DNA of 32,000 bases from Ignicoccus hospitalis KIN4/I (GCF_000017945.1 NC_009776.1:600001-632000), one strand, 5' to 3'. Positions 18,171 through 29,844 are shown, numbered from the stretch's first letter. Numbers and translations are program-made. The notes: generated from the sequence alone by a model not told the origin.

Positions 18171-18605
18171 GTGAAGACCGTAGAGCTTACAAACGGGTCG
18201 AAGAAAAAGGTTGAAGACAGGATTGTGGGGCGGCACGTCTACGGTAACTTGTACGGCGTCGACCCGGCGAAGCTCTGGGACGAGGAGGGGTTGAAAGAAC
18301 TCGTAAGGGAGGCTGCAGAGGTAGCAAACATGAAGTTGGTAGAGGTGAGGTCGTGGAAGTTCACCGGGTACCACGGGGGCGTATCAGTGATGGCACTAGT
18401 TCTAGAAAGCCACATAACTATACATACTTGGCCGGATTACGAGTACGCGACCGTCGACGTGTACACTTGCGGCGAGAGGAGCGACCCGTGGAGGGCGTTC
18501 GAACTAATCGTCGAGAGGTTAGAGCCGGAGGACTACGTGGTCCACTACAGCGACCGCAGTAGCCCTAAGAGGCCCTTGGGGGGCACAGCGGGTCGAATCC
18601 AGTAG
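18171..18605 (+). CDS. Pyruvoyl-dependent AdoMetDC-family decarboxylase proenzyme, probably the crenarchaeal arginine decarboxylase type
   Basis: GRHVYGNLYGVD, GGVSVMALVLESHITIHTWPDYEYATVDVYTCG (Glu-Ser self-processing site) and C-terminal HYSDRSS, which resembles the arginine decarboxylase branch. Confidence 0.85.
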   Translation: MKTVELTNGSKKKVEDRIVGRHVYGNLYGVDPAKLWDEEGLKELVREAAEVANMKLVEVRSWKFTGYHGGVSVMALVLESHITIHTWPDYEYATVDVYTCGERSDPWRAFELIVERLEPEDYVVHYSDRSSPKRPLGGTAGRIQ

Positions 18606-19192
18606 TTTTTCAAAGTACTCACTGTGTGTAGGTAAGCGTCTAAGACCTCTTCCAGCGGGGCGAGCCTTATGTTGCGCCACGAGTACCTCACCTCGAGCTG
18701 AAAGGGCACGTGAGATACGGTGACCGCGTAAACCAAAGGCCTCCCGAAAGCCTCTTCCCAAGCCTCTCCTAAGTCCACCACGTCCCCTCCTAGTTCCCTC
18801 GCCTCGTCGCCTATCAGAACGAGCGCGTCAGCGTTCTTCGGGTCTTCCACGAAAGCGAAGTCCATACCTCTGTTCGTTAGGAACCAAACCGCTAAGGCCC
18901 TTCCCGTATATGATTGAGGTGTGACCCAAAGTTTGACCTTGTTGCCCCTTCTCAGAAACTTTAGCTTGACGTTTTCTATAGGTCCGGAGCCGTATATCGC
19001 CGGACACTTGAAACAAGGCTCGAGGCTCAACGAGGCAGCCGCTACGGAAGAAACCACGGCCAAGTCTACGTACTTATTAAGAAACATGTACAAACTCCTT
19101 TCCGGGGTGGTCCTAACTACCTCCCACCCCCTCACGTCAAAATGCTCCGTCAAAGGTTCCATGTACTTGATGCTCAAGAGCGCCGCCCTCAT
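18545..19192 (-). CDS. MqnA/MqnD-family protein (chorismate dehydratase-like)
   Basis: 215 aa with DLAVVSSVAAAS, LWVTPQSYTGRALAVWFL and ALVLIGDEARELGGDVVDLGEAWEEAFGRPLVYAV, the MqnA-like 'IGD..L....DLG..W....G.P.VFA' pattern. Confidence 0.65.
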   Translation of the reverse strand: MRAALLSIKYMEPLTEHFDVRGWEVVRTTPERSLYMFLNKYVDLAVVSSVAAASLSLEPCFKCPAIYGSGPIENVKLKFLRRGNKVKLWVTPQSYTGRALAVWFLTNRGMDFAFVEDPKNADALVLIGDEARELGGDVVDLGEAWEEAFGRPLVYAVTVSHVPFQLEVRYSWRNIRLAPLEEVLDAYLHTVSTLKNYWIRPAVPPKGLLGLLRSL

Positions 19193-19251
19193 TCCGGTGC
19201 TCCAGAAAGTGTGGAAAGCATAGTTTATTTAACAAGGTTGTTGGGCATTAA

Positions 19252-20373
19252 GTGGGCGACGAGACCTTGAGGAGCGCAGTAGCGCTGCTGGCGCTATCGG
19301 CCATGGCGTTGGCCGCCGCTACGATAACCCTTACAGTAAACGACGGCAAGGTCGCCCTCTCTAAGATCGTCGTAGAAGCTGAGCGGGAAAAGTTCCCGTT
19401 CCAGTACGGAGAGAGTTTAGTGTCAAGCCAGCTGGTCGCGGTCGACAAGCTCTGGGGTGAGGGCTCGAGCGTCAAGGAGTCCTTTTCAACCAACAGCGCA
19501 CTCACCCTCAGCTCTTCGCCCTTGAAGAAGGGACGCGCCGAAATAACGCTGAGTATAACGTCCGACCCGACGACTGTGAGCTTACACAGCAGGATTAAGG
19601 GTTCCGTCCTAGTATTGTTCTTTTATATACGCAACATGGACATAGTCCTTAACTCTGTTATAAACAAGCAAGACAACTCAGGGAACTTGACGATAGACGG
19701 CTTCGCCGAGCTCCCGTCTCCTAAGGTAACAGTGGAGAAGATGTTAAACACAATGATACCTAAGATAAAAGCTGGTATCGAGGATTTGGGACTAAAGGTA
19801 GTGGAGTTGAAGTACGAAGTTACTGGCAAGTCCCTACCTCCCACTAGCAAGGTCAAAATGTACGTAATCTTGAAAGGAGAAAGGGATAAGATAGTTGAAT
19901 CGTTGAACAGTCTAGGGATACCAACATCGGAACTGTTGAACTTAATAAACATGAACGATACTGTAGTCAGAAAGGTTAACGCCCAAGCAAACCTGGAACT
20001 GTCCCTTAAGAGGTCCGGAAAAGAGCTCTTCACAGAAATAAGGGCCAAAGTGAGGGGAGAAGGCGTCTACCTTAACGATACCGTCCGTTACGAGCTCCGG
20101 AGCCGCTTGGAGCCCGTACTGAAGGCCCTCAACGTTACGGAGCTAGAGGGCTACTTGCTGCCTACCAATAACGTGACCAGCTCCCTCACGGTCAACGTTA
20201 CAGGCAATAAAGTTAAAGCCAACTTCGTGTTCACGAACGTATACTTTAACAACACCGAGGAGTTGTGGAAGACGCTGAAAAGAATTGAAGATGAACTGGG
20301 CGTGAACTTCGAGGTCCTCTGTAGCGGAAAGGTATATGACATAGAAAGGGCTGCGTCCTCTTGCAAGGGCTGA
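19252..20373 (+). CDS. Secreted protein of unknown function
   Basis: 373 aa with Sec-type signal (RSAVALLALSAMALAAATITLTV), many N-x-S/T sequons and a cysteine pair near the C-terminus. The real start may be TTG 19267. Confidence 0.7.
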   Translation: MGDETLRSAVALLALSAMALAAATITLTVNDGKVALSKIVVEAEREKFPFQYGESLVSSQLVAVDKLWGEGSSVKESFSTNSALTLSSSPLKKGRAEITLSITSDPTTVSLHSRIKGSVLVLFFYIRNMDIVLNSVINKQDNSGNLTIDGFAELPSPKVTVEKMLNTMIPKIKAGIEDLGLKVVELKYEVTGKSLPPTSKVKMYVILKGERDKIVESLNSLGIPTSELLNLINMNDTVVRKVNAQANLELSLKRSGKELFTEIRAKVRGEGVYLNDTVRYELRSRLEPVLKALNVTELEGYLLPTNNVTSSLTVNVTGNKVKANFVFTNVYFNNTEELWKTLKRIEDELGVNFEVLCSGKVYDIERAASSCKG

Positions 20374-20407
20374 TTTTTGTCTAAAGGCCCCACATAACTC
20401 TGGGAGG

Positions 20408-21172
20408 GTGACTAAAACCTTGGGAAGGGTCTACGATTTAGCAAAGGTCCCTATGTCAAGGGTAGAAAGGTTAGACTTGGTAATCTTGCCTATAGGCTCT
20501 ATCGAACGCCACGGAAACCACTTGCCGTTGGGTACGGACACGTTGATAGCGGAAGAGGTAGCGCGCAGGGTGGCGAAGAAGCTCTCGGAGAAGGGCTACC
20601 ACGTCGGCCTCTTGCCCCCCATTTGGTACGGCTACACTTGGTCTCTGAGACACCTAGACGGTACGGTTAGCGTGGAAGCGGAGAACTTAGCCAAGTTCGT
20701 AGAAGACATACTGGTTACTTTGCCTTCTCCGAGGATTCCCCGGATCCTAATAATCAACGGACACGGAGGCAACAAAGAGCCCTTGGAAGTCGCCGTGAAA
20801 GAGGCCTTGAACAGGCTGAGCCCGGGAATAAAGATAGGCGCCGTCTCTTGGTGGGACATGGTCCCTAAGGAGGCGTTCCTACAAGCGTTCGGGACCTTGC
20901 CCTCCCACGCGTGCGAGATAGAGACGAGTATGGTAATGGCCATATGTGAAGAATGCGTTGACTTAGGCGACGTGGAGCCCGTGCCGCCGGCAGAGAGGAA
21001 GCTGTTGCGCTCCCTCTCGGAAACGCGAAGGGCGTTCTCCAGGGGGTACATGGGCGATCCGAAGAGGGCCAAGAAGGAGGAAGGCGAGAGACTCCTCGAA
21101 GTGGCTGCCGAAGAGCTGGCTAGGAGGCTGTTACGCGAGCTCGAGAGCGAGGAGGAAGTCGGAATAGAATAA
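20408..21172 (+). CDS. Creatininase family (creatinine amidohydrolase-like) protein
   Basis: LVILPIGSIERHGNHLPLGTDTLIAEEVARRVA, PPIWYGYTWSLRHLDGTVS, LIINGHGGNKEPLEVAVKEA and GTLPSHACEIETSMVMA. Confidence 0.88.
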   Translation: MTKTLGRVYDLAKVPMSRVERLDLVILPIGSIERHGNHLPLGTDTLIAEEVARRVAKKLSEKGYHVGLLPPIWYGYTWSLRHLDGTVSVEAENLAKFVEDILVTLPSPRIPRILIINGHGGNKEPLEVAVKEALNRLSPGIKIGAVSWWDMVPKEAFLQAFGTLPSHACEIETSMVMAICEECVDLGDVEPVPPAERKLLRSLSETRRAFSRGYMGDPKRAKKEEGERLLEVAAEELARRLLRELESEEEVGIE

Positions 21173-21183
21173 ACTTTTTTCTC

Positions 21184-23928
21184 TTATTTGTTCAAGAACG
21201 CCATCAACTTGGTCGTCCCGCTCAATGAAGCCGCGTCCAAGCTGAACGCCTTCAGTATCTGTCCTAGCGTGGACTCTATCGCTTCGTAGTACTTCTCCAC
21301 GTCGACCTCCGGTAGCTTGGCCAGCTGCACGGGCTTCACGCCTTCTGCGCCCTTCACCTTAACGAAGGATACCACGTCACCTTGGTTGACGTGTATGCCG
21401 AACTTGGCTAGCATCTTCGCCGCCTTCACGTGCTGCGGCATGTTCTTAGTGTAAGACTCTATGGGCTTAGTAAGTTGCATGTGGAACGCCAACTCGTCCA
21501 AGTCGTAGTACTGCCTCTTGAGGTTCATATACAACTCTTTCACTAAGTTCTTGACTTCTTCGCGCGTCTTCACTACCTCTTCCGGGCTCTGGGAGTTCCT
21601 GATCATTTCTATCATTTTTATGAACGCCTCTTTGACGAACTGCGGGGTATTCCTCTTCTTCCCCAACAACCCCTTGACGTCTATCTCCCCTCCCGGGTAC
21701 ACACCTATGTAGTTCTTCTTTAGACCTGTGAACGCTACGAACCTATAGGTCTTATCTATTTCTATTTCTAAGCCGAAGTTGTTCTTGACCCACTCTATGA
21801 TGTCGTCTAACAAGTTCTGCGGAGGGTCCCAAAGGAACATCGAGTCGGTATCTCCGTATAGAACGGCGATCTTGTTTTTCTTAGCATAATCCATAGTACT
21901 CTTTATGGCGAACCTCCCGTAAGCGGTGATGCTCTCGGCCGCCGGAGGGCAGTAAAGCTCGAAGCTCTCCGCGCCCAAGACGCCGTAGGACGCGTTTATG
22001 TATACCTTCATTGCTGACTGAACGGTGTCGTACCACATTTTCATCTTGTCGTCCAAGCTTTTGTCCTTCGCTTTTTTCTTGTATATTTTAACTCTGTAAT
22101 CTCTTAACAACCCGACTATCTGGGAGGTTATGCCCTCGACGTCCTTGCATATCCTGTGCCCCACCTCCGGAACCTCGTAGTAGTTCTTACACTTCGGGGC
22201 GTTCACCGTCTCGTAACTTATGTTATATTGCTTAATTATGGTTGGATACAGCGACGCGAAGTCCAATACAACTACATTGAAGAATATACCGGCGCTGGGC
22301 TCGAAGACGAAGGCTCCTTGGTAGCTCTTCCCCTTTATTATCGCCGAACTCTTCACGGTCCCTTTCATCGAAATTATATCCTCTTTGTTAGGGATGAGGT
22401 ACTTCCTCCTGCGGTGCTCCCAGAAGAACAAGTTCTTGATCCACGCGGACACTTGCTTCCTAGTTAGGTCTTCTATCCCGAGCTTGGAAATTCGGGCTAT
22501 CAGTACCATCAACTTCCACGGCAAGTAGTCGTTAAAGGTGAAGAGTTTCAGCGTGAGGTTGGCGTCGCGGAAGTTGTAATGGGCCAGCTCGTAATAGTTA
22601 AGCTCGCTTATCGACTTGGTCAGTTGGACCTTGTGCTCGCCGAGGAGCGCGCCCGCGACGGCGTCCAAGTTAACTTCCTTATACTTGTTCCCGAATGCGT
22701 AGGTCTTTATCGCCGCTATGTCGTAGAAGCGGTAGAGGTCTATGTGTATTCCGTGTTTTATCTCGAACTTGTCAGAACCCTTCTTAAATATTATCATCTC
22801 CTTGGGTATTCCGAGCTTGAGCGCCCTGTTGTAAAGGTAGGCGAGGTCGAAGTTGTCGCCGTTGTAAGTGAGCAGTACCGGGTAATCCCTTATAATTCTC
22901 ATAACCTCTATCAACATACTTTTCTCAGAGTCGTAGAACTCCACCTCGTAGTCCTCTTCGGCGAGCTCCTTGAGCTGATCTTCGGTGAGCTTAAGGTTTT
23001 CTCTAATTAGTACGAGGACTTTCTTAAGGCCGTCGTTAGAGGAGAGGGCCACCGAGATGACCGGGTACTGAGCGGTCTCGGGGTCCGGTATCCTGCCTAT
23101 GGCGGGCGTAAACACCTCTATGTCTATTGCTATCGCTTTGACCGTCGGAGGCGGGGCCTCGAAGATGGGTATCCAAGATATGGCTAGGCGCTTGAACTCG
23201 TCGCTCTCCTCCTCGAAGGCCTTTAATACCTTCTCCACTTCTCCCTCGCTGACCTTGTAAGGAACGGGGAAGAGCTTGTTATTCTTAATTTTGTACTTCA
23301 AGGTGGGGACTAGGCCTATGTCGTAAGTGTAGTTGTCGTGGTACTTTATCTTGGCCTCCCAAGCCTTGGGCACCTTCTCCCTGAGTTCCCTCACCGCCAG
23401 GGGGTCTGTCGTGTAGATCTTCGTCAACTTCCTATTCTCAAAATGGAGTAAGTCGTAGCGGTAGACCACCTCCATCCCCGCGAAGTTCTGGTGCTTGTGC
23501 AGCCCCAGCTTCCTGATCTCCTCTGGGGTCAAGTTGGTTAGGAAGTACGGCTTGTGACCGAAGGCATCTACCCACTCCACGACCTCGTGGCGTTCCTCGT
23601 CATATAACAAGAGGACAGCCTTGTTCCTCTTACCGTCGTAGACCACTTGCAGTAGGTAGTACTCGCCGTCCCCGGCCTCCCGTCTAGGCTGCGCCAGCGC
23701 CGCGTACCTCCGGTCTCCGGAGTTGACGAACTTCTGGAACTGTGGATCTACCTTCTTCGAGACGATTAGATTGACTATCTTGTTTTCTATCTTCTCCGCG
23801 CCCTCAAGGGGCCTCTTCGGAGCCTTCTCCTCTACTGGCTTGGGGGCCTTTAAGGCCTTAGACCCGTCGTTGGCTTGTTTCTGCTTGAGGAAGTCTAGGA
23901 GCGTCGGTCCCCTTCGGGGTTTCTTCAC
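21184..23928 (-). CDS. polB: Family B DNA polymerase (crenarchaeal PolB1-like), no intein
   Basis: 914 aa with AIDIEVFTP (ExoI), YNGDNFDLAYL (ExoII), DFASLYPTIIKQYNISYETV (motif A), KVYINASYGVLGAE (motif B) and LYGDTDSMF (motif C). Confidence 0.95.
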   Translation of the reverse strand: MKKPRRGPTLLDFLKQKQANDGSKALKAPKPVEEKAPKRPLEGAEKIENKIVNLIVSKKVDPQFQKFVNSGDRRYAALAQPRREAGDGEYYLLQVVYDGKRNKAVLLLYDEERHEVVEWVDAFGHKPYFLTNLTPEEIRKLGLHKHQNFAGMEVVYRYDLLHFENRKLTKIYTTDPLAVRELREKVPKAWEAKIKYHDNYTYDIGLVPTLKYKIKNNKLFPVPYKVSEGEVEKVLKAFEEESDEFKRLAISWIPIFEAPPPTVKAIAIDIEVFTPAIGRIPDPETAQYPVISVALSSNDGLKKVLVLIRENLKLTEDQLKELAEEDYEVEFYDSEKSMLIEVMRIIRDYPVLLTYNGDNFDLAYLYNRALKLGIPKEMIIFKKGSDKFEIKHGIHIDLYRFYDIAAIKTYAFGNKYKEVNLDAVAGALLGEHKVQLTKSISELNYYELAHYNFRDANLTLKLFTFNDYLPWKLMVLIARISKLGIEDLTRKQVSAWIKNLFFWEHRRRKYLIPNKEDIISMKGTVKSSAIIKGKSYQGAFVFEPSAGIFFNVVVLDFASLYPTIIKQYNISYETVNAPKCKNYYEVPEVGHRICKDVEGITSQIVGLLRDYRVKIYKKKAKDKSLDDKMKMWYDTVQSAMKVYINASYGVLGAESFELYCPPAAESITAYGRFAIKSTMDYAKKNKIAVLYGDTDSMFLWDPPQNLLDDIIEWVKNNFGLEIEIDKTYRFVAFTGLKKNYIGVYPGGEIDVKGLLGKKRNTPQFVKEAFIKMIEMIRNSQSPEEVVKTREEVKNLVKELYMNLKRQYYDLDELAFHMQLTKPIESYTKNMPQHVKAAKMLAKFGIHVNQGDVVSFVKVKGAEGVKPVQLAKLPEVDVEKYYEAIESTLGQILKAFSLDAASLSGTTKLMAFLNK

Positions 23929-24001
23929 TACTTTAGCCCCGGCCTAGCCTTAGGGGGGAGATGGGTTGATAAGCCCGCGGTACTCCCGAGGGCTCTAAGC
24001 C

Positions 24002-25054
24002 TCAACGCTTTTTAAAGAACATGTCCAACGTGCTCTGCTTAGTGCTGAGCTTTTCCTTCCAGGCCTTCATTAAGCGCTCTATCGCCTTTCTCACGCGCTC
24101 CTCGTTGAAGTCGTGTTCGTACACTAGGATTTCAATTATCTTTTGGGGGTCGGGCCTCCTCCACACGAGCTCGTAGTCGTCGGTCACCTGGGGGTTCAAG
24201 AAGAAATTATACGCCTCCAAGTACAACTCCTTGTCATCGACGCCTAGGGCAGTAAGCACCCTCTCTAAGTCACCATAGCTCTTCACGTACCTTAAGGCGG
24301 TCTTCGGCCCGACGCCCTTCACCCCGGGCGTGTAGTCGGTCCCTATCAAGACGGCTATTGCAACGAGCTGCTCTCGGGTTATGCCCAACTCCTCCAGCAC
24401 ACACTTCAAAGTTATTTCCTCGGGCTTCACTTCGACGTACACGTTCTTGTTAGGGAGCTTCCTGCGCCCACTCACGGCCAAGTTCCTAACCAAGCGAGGA
24501 GAGCCGAAGAGCAAGGAGTCGTAATCTTGACTAGCAGACGCCCAGACGTCTCCCTTAGCGGCCATGTAGGCCGCTTGGGCCTCTCCCTCGCTGGGGGCTT
24601 GTACCCACGGGACCCCCATAGCCTCGAGCAACCTCTTAGCTTCTTCTACCATCTCCTTCGTCAGCTTTGCGCTCATCTGGGCGTACTTCCTAGCTTCCTC
24701 GACGTCCCCCCTCCTAACTGCCTCCTCGTACTTCTTCTCGGCCTCTTGCTTGAGTTTCTGCCTCCTCTCTATCTCGCGCGTCTTGAGCTTGGGAGGGGCG
24801 CCGTCGAAGACGTAGGCTACCTTTATTCCGTTTTCCAACATGTTGATTGTTCTGTAGAAAAGTCCGGAGAGGTGGCTGGTCACGCGCCCTTTGGAGTCCA
24901 TGAGGGGCCTGCCGTCTTCGCCCCTTATGGCAGCTAAGAACTGATACAAGGTGTTGTAAGCGTCGAGGGCCACGCTCTTGTTCGACAAGGACTTTAGCTC
25001 TAAGGTCTTCTTGCACTTGCTGGGGATGAGTTCCCTTAGGGCTGTAACGCCCAA
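24002..25054 (-). CDS. fen1: Flap endonuclease 1
   Basis: 350 aa with [56 protein letters not shown] and [18 protein letters not shown], ending in PIP-box-like QSTLDMFF. Confidence 0.96.
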   Translation of the reverse strand: MGVTALRELIPSKCKKTLELKSLSNKSVALDAYNTLYQFLAAIRGEDGRPLMDSKGRVTSHLSGLFYRTINMLENGIKVAYVFDGAPPKLKTREIERRQKLKQEAEKKYEEAVRRGDVEEARKYAQMSAKLTKEMVEEAKRLLEAMGVPWVQAPSEGEAQAAYMAAKGDVWASASQDYDSLLFGSPRLVRNLAVSGRRKLPNKNVYVEVKPEEITLKCVLEELGITREQLVAIAVLIGTDYTPGVKGVGPKTALRYVKSYGDLERVLTALGVDDKELYLEAYNFFLNPQVTDDYELVWRRPDPQKIIEILVYEHDFNEERVRKAIERLMKAWKEKLSTKQSTLDMFFKKR

Positions 25055-25089
25055 GACACTTCCCTAAGCGATTTCGACGACGAGAGGGT

Positions 25090-25386
25090 TTATCGCTCGT
25101 TCTGGATAAGGGCTACGCTCAGTCGGCTCACGTCTTCTCCATTACTCATAGTCTTGACTAGGCCGTTGAGCTCTAAAATCATTACGGCTTTAACCACGTC
25201 TCTCAAACTGACGTCGGTATTCTTGTAACTCATGTCGCTTTTTATTGCTTCCAAGATCTCTTCAACAGTAAAGTAGATCTCCTTGCCGCCCCCTTGTAGT
25301 ATGGTAAGGGTCTTGAGTATGTTGTACACGGAAAGGTAAAGCGGTCTGGATTTCCAAACGCTCTGACCCTTCCTCATCGAGCCCAC
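25090..25386 (-). CDS. Small uncharacterised protein, winged-helix-like
   Basis: 98-aa ORF tightly packed between fen1 and cdc48; alpha/beta pattern with DVVKAVMILELNGLVKT. Confidence 0.65.
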   Translation of the reverse strand: MGSMRKGQSVWKSRPLYLSVYNILKTLTILQGGGKEIYFTVEEILEAIKSDMSYKNTDVSLRDVVKAVMILELNGLVKTMSNGEDVSRLSVALIQNER

Positions 25387-25387
25387 C

Positions 25388-27595
<2,208 letters not shown>

Positions 27596-28054
27596 CTATG
27601 ACCCTTCCGCAGTCCTATTCGAGGTTTTTAGGTCAACACCCCCGACCTTCAAGATACAGCCCTTCCCTTCGGTAAACCGGAGGAGGACCTCGTCCCCGTC
27701 CCGCAGCCCGAGGGGGCCGGTTTTGTCGACTAAGGGGAGCTTGGCCATAACGCACCCGGCGACCGCTATCGGGTCCGCCTCGCCCTCAACGACTATCGCG
27801 AGGGGGGCGTTGTTGTAATACCTCAAGGCGTAGATTACGTAGGAGCCTACCGTGGACCCTCTGACCCCCTTAACGACCAGCACTTTGTTTTTGATCGACC
27901 TCCCGTCGTAAAGCGTCCCCTTTAGAGGGTCCACCTCGCCCAAGAAGCTTAAGGGGTGCTCCACCTTTACTACGACGCCTACGACGTCTCCTCCCCCTAC
28001 TAGCGCGCGGCCGCACGCTAGGCGCTTGCTACGTCCCTCAACCTCACCAACCAT
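27596..28054 (-). CDS. Aconitase X / phosphomevalonate dehydratase small subunit (DUF126)
   Basis: HPLSFLGEVDPLKGTLYDGRSIKNKVLVVKGVRGSTVGSYVIYALRYYNNAPLAIVVEGEADPIAVAGCVMAKLPLVD is a DUF126 signature. It abuts the large subunit. Confidence 0.9.
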   Translation of the reverse strand: MVGEVEGRSKRLACGRALVGGGDVVGVVVKVEHPLSFLGEVDPLKGTLYDGRSIKNKVLVVKGVRGSTVGSYVIYALRYYNNAPLAIVVEGEADPIAVAGCVMAKLPLVDKTGPLGLRDGDEVLLRFTEGKGCILKVGGVDLKTSNRTAEGS

Positions 28055-29163
28055 ACGTCCAACCCCCTCCTCTTCAAGTAGAAATAAGTCTTAGCGCTGG
28101 TGGTCGCCACCTTCCTTATCCCCATTTTGTCTATAGGCGAAACGACCAAACACGTACCTCTGACGAACTTAACTCCCTTCTTGGATAGGCTCTTGATCAC
28201 GTCGTTGGCCCTCTCGTAAAGCCTAGGAGCCACGGCGACCCAAACCTCTTTTTCCACTTTTTCCTTTATCAAGTTGTCCAACTCGACCAATTCCTTTAAG
28301 GAGGCGTGGGGGCAGCCGTGGAACACGAGGTCCGCGTCCTCTACGCTGCCGAACATGTGCTCCACATCCTCGCGCCCGATCTCGACCTTCTCCTCCTCGC
28401 CCAAGAGGTAGGTCTTGGGAGGGGTCACCCCTTCTATTACCATCATCGCCAAGCCGCCGGAGGCCGCGGAGGCCGCGAGCATGTACTTTAGGTGATCTCG
28501 CGGGGGCGGCGGGACCTCGAGGCGCGGTATGCCTTGTCCTATCCTCTCGCCTATAGCGTAGCCCACCGCGGACCACTCCGCCGCGTCCGTCGGTCGGAAA
28601 CCTAACCTTATGCGGGAGTCGGTCCTCCTGTTCTCGAGCACTTGGAGCCCGGCCTCGTATATCTTCCCGGCGATGGCCGCTGCCACGGCGACCGGGCCTC
28701 CCTCCCTATTAGTGAAGGCGCCCAGTACGGTGTTAGCGTAGATGACCGCGCTGCTCTCCCCCCAAGCGAGCCTTTCAAAGGGCTTGGGCTCCCTCAAGTA
28801 GTACGGCGTACACGTCAGCGAGGTGTCGAATCCCATCTTTTCAAAGGCTTCCAGTATTCTTATTTGACCTTTAACGAAGTTCTCGTCTACCTTTATGATG
28901 TCGGAGTATGGGTCAAAGCCTATTGGGTTGACCGTAGAATAGACGCTAACCTTGGCTCCGCCCTTCACGAGGCTCTCAAGCCAGTGGACGCCGGGCTCGC
29001 CTATAGTGGCGTAGCTGACCCCGGAGGCGTGGGCGTGGGATATGGGGACCAACCTCTCCGCGCCCAGGACCTCCCCCACCTTGACGAGTATCCTCATAGC
29101 TTGGGACAAGGCCTCGCCATACTCCCCCGAGAGGGCCCTCTCTTCCTCTTTTGTGAGCATCAT
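28018..29163 (-). CDS. Aconitase X / phosphomevalonate dehydratase large subunit
   Basis: 381 aa with SHAHASGVSYATIGEPGVHWLE, TCTPYYL, WGESSAVIYANTVLGAFTNREGGPVAVAAAIAG, HGCPHASLKEL and GTCLVVSP, with Cys residues consistent with a 4Fe-4S site. Confidence 0.92.
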   Translation of the reverse strand: MMLTKEEERALSGEYGEALSQAMRILVKVGEVLGAERLVPISHAHASGVSYATIGEPGVHWLESLVKGGAKVSVYSTVNPIGFDPYSDIIKVDENFVKGQIRILEAFEKMGFDTSLTCTPYYLREPKPFERLAWGESSAVIYANTVLGAFTNREGGPVAVAAAIAGKIYEAGLQVLENRRTDSRIRLGFRPTDAAEWSAVGYAIGERIGQGIPRLEVPPPPRDHLKYMLAASAASGGLAMMVIEGVTPPKTYLLGEEEKVEIGREDVEHMFGSVEDADLVFHGCPHASLKELVELDNLIKEKVEKEVWVAVAPRLYERANDVIKSLSKKGVKFVRGTCLVVSPIDKMGIRKVATTSAKTYFYLKRRGLDVWLVRLRDVASA

Positions 29164-29828
29164 CTTACCATTGCCTCCGCGAACTCCTTAAGTTTTACGT
29201 ATGGATCGTCAGCCTTCACTACGGCTGAAGCGACCAAGACTCCATCAGCACCTAGCTCGATGGCCTTTCTGACGTCCTCGCCGCTGGAGATCCCGGCCCC
29301 CACTAGGACCGGGCCCGCGAAGCCGGTCCCCTTAACGGCTCTTACCGTCTCCACCACCGTCTCCGGCCTCGCGCGCGAGACCGAGACCCCGGTGCCTATC
29401 AGTTCCGGAGGCTCCATCGCTATCATTGAAGGCCTCAGGGCGGCGACCGCGGCCGCAGTGTTAGGGGTGGGGGCGCACACCAAGCTCTCTTTTCCCGCAC
29501 GCCTTAACTTAGAGACCACGAGCTCTATCTCGTCAAGCCTCATCCTCTTCTCGCTGTGATTAATTATGCTTCCATCTATTATCTCCTTTATGCCCTCTAA
29601 TATGACGGAACCCGTGTGGGCCCCAGGCTCCACTGGGTCTAGGTGTTGAGCGTATACCTTAGTAACTTCAACAATGTCCTTCACTTCCTTCAGCTCTGTA
29701 TGAGGGGGCGCTATTATCGTAGTAATCGAGTATTCCTTGGCTACCTTGTCTATAGCCCTAGCTAACCTCAGTAGACGTGCGCCGAAGGAATATGGGTAAT
29801 ATACCTTCGCGTTGACGGCCAGTATCAT
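29160..29828 (-). CDS. tpiA: Triosephosphate isomerase (short archaeal type)
   Basis: 222 aa with AVNAKVY (catalytic Lys), IINHSEKRM (catalytic His), AMEPPELIGTG (catalytic Glu), VLVGAGISSGEDV and GADGVLVASAVVKA. Confidence 0.95.
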   Translation of the reverse strand: MILAVNAKVYYPYSFGARLLRLARAIDKVAKEYSITTIIAPPHTELKEVKDIVEVTKVYAQHLDPVEPGAHTGSVILEGIKEIIDGSIINHSEKRMRLDEIELVVSKLRRAGKESLVCAPTPNTAAAVAALRPSMIAMEPPELIGTGVSVSRARPETVVETVRAVKGTGFAGPVLVGAGISSGEDVRKAIELGADGVLVASAVVKADDPYVKLKEFAEAMVR

Positions 29829-29844
29829 TCATACCTACCCCTTC

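Noticed and set aside
23929-24001. Weak hairpin GAGGGCTCTAAGCCTC between polB and fen1
   Set aside because: Only about 6 bp with a bulge and no special context; not distinguishable from chance.
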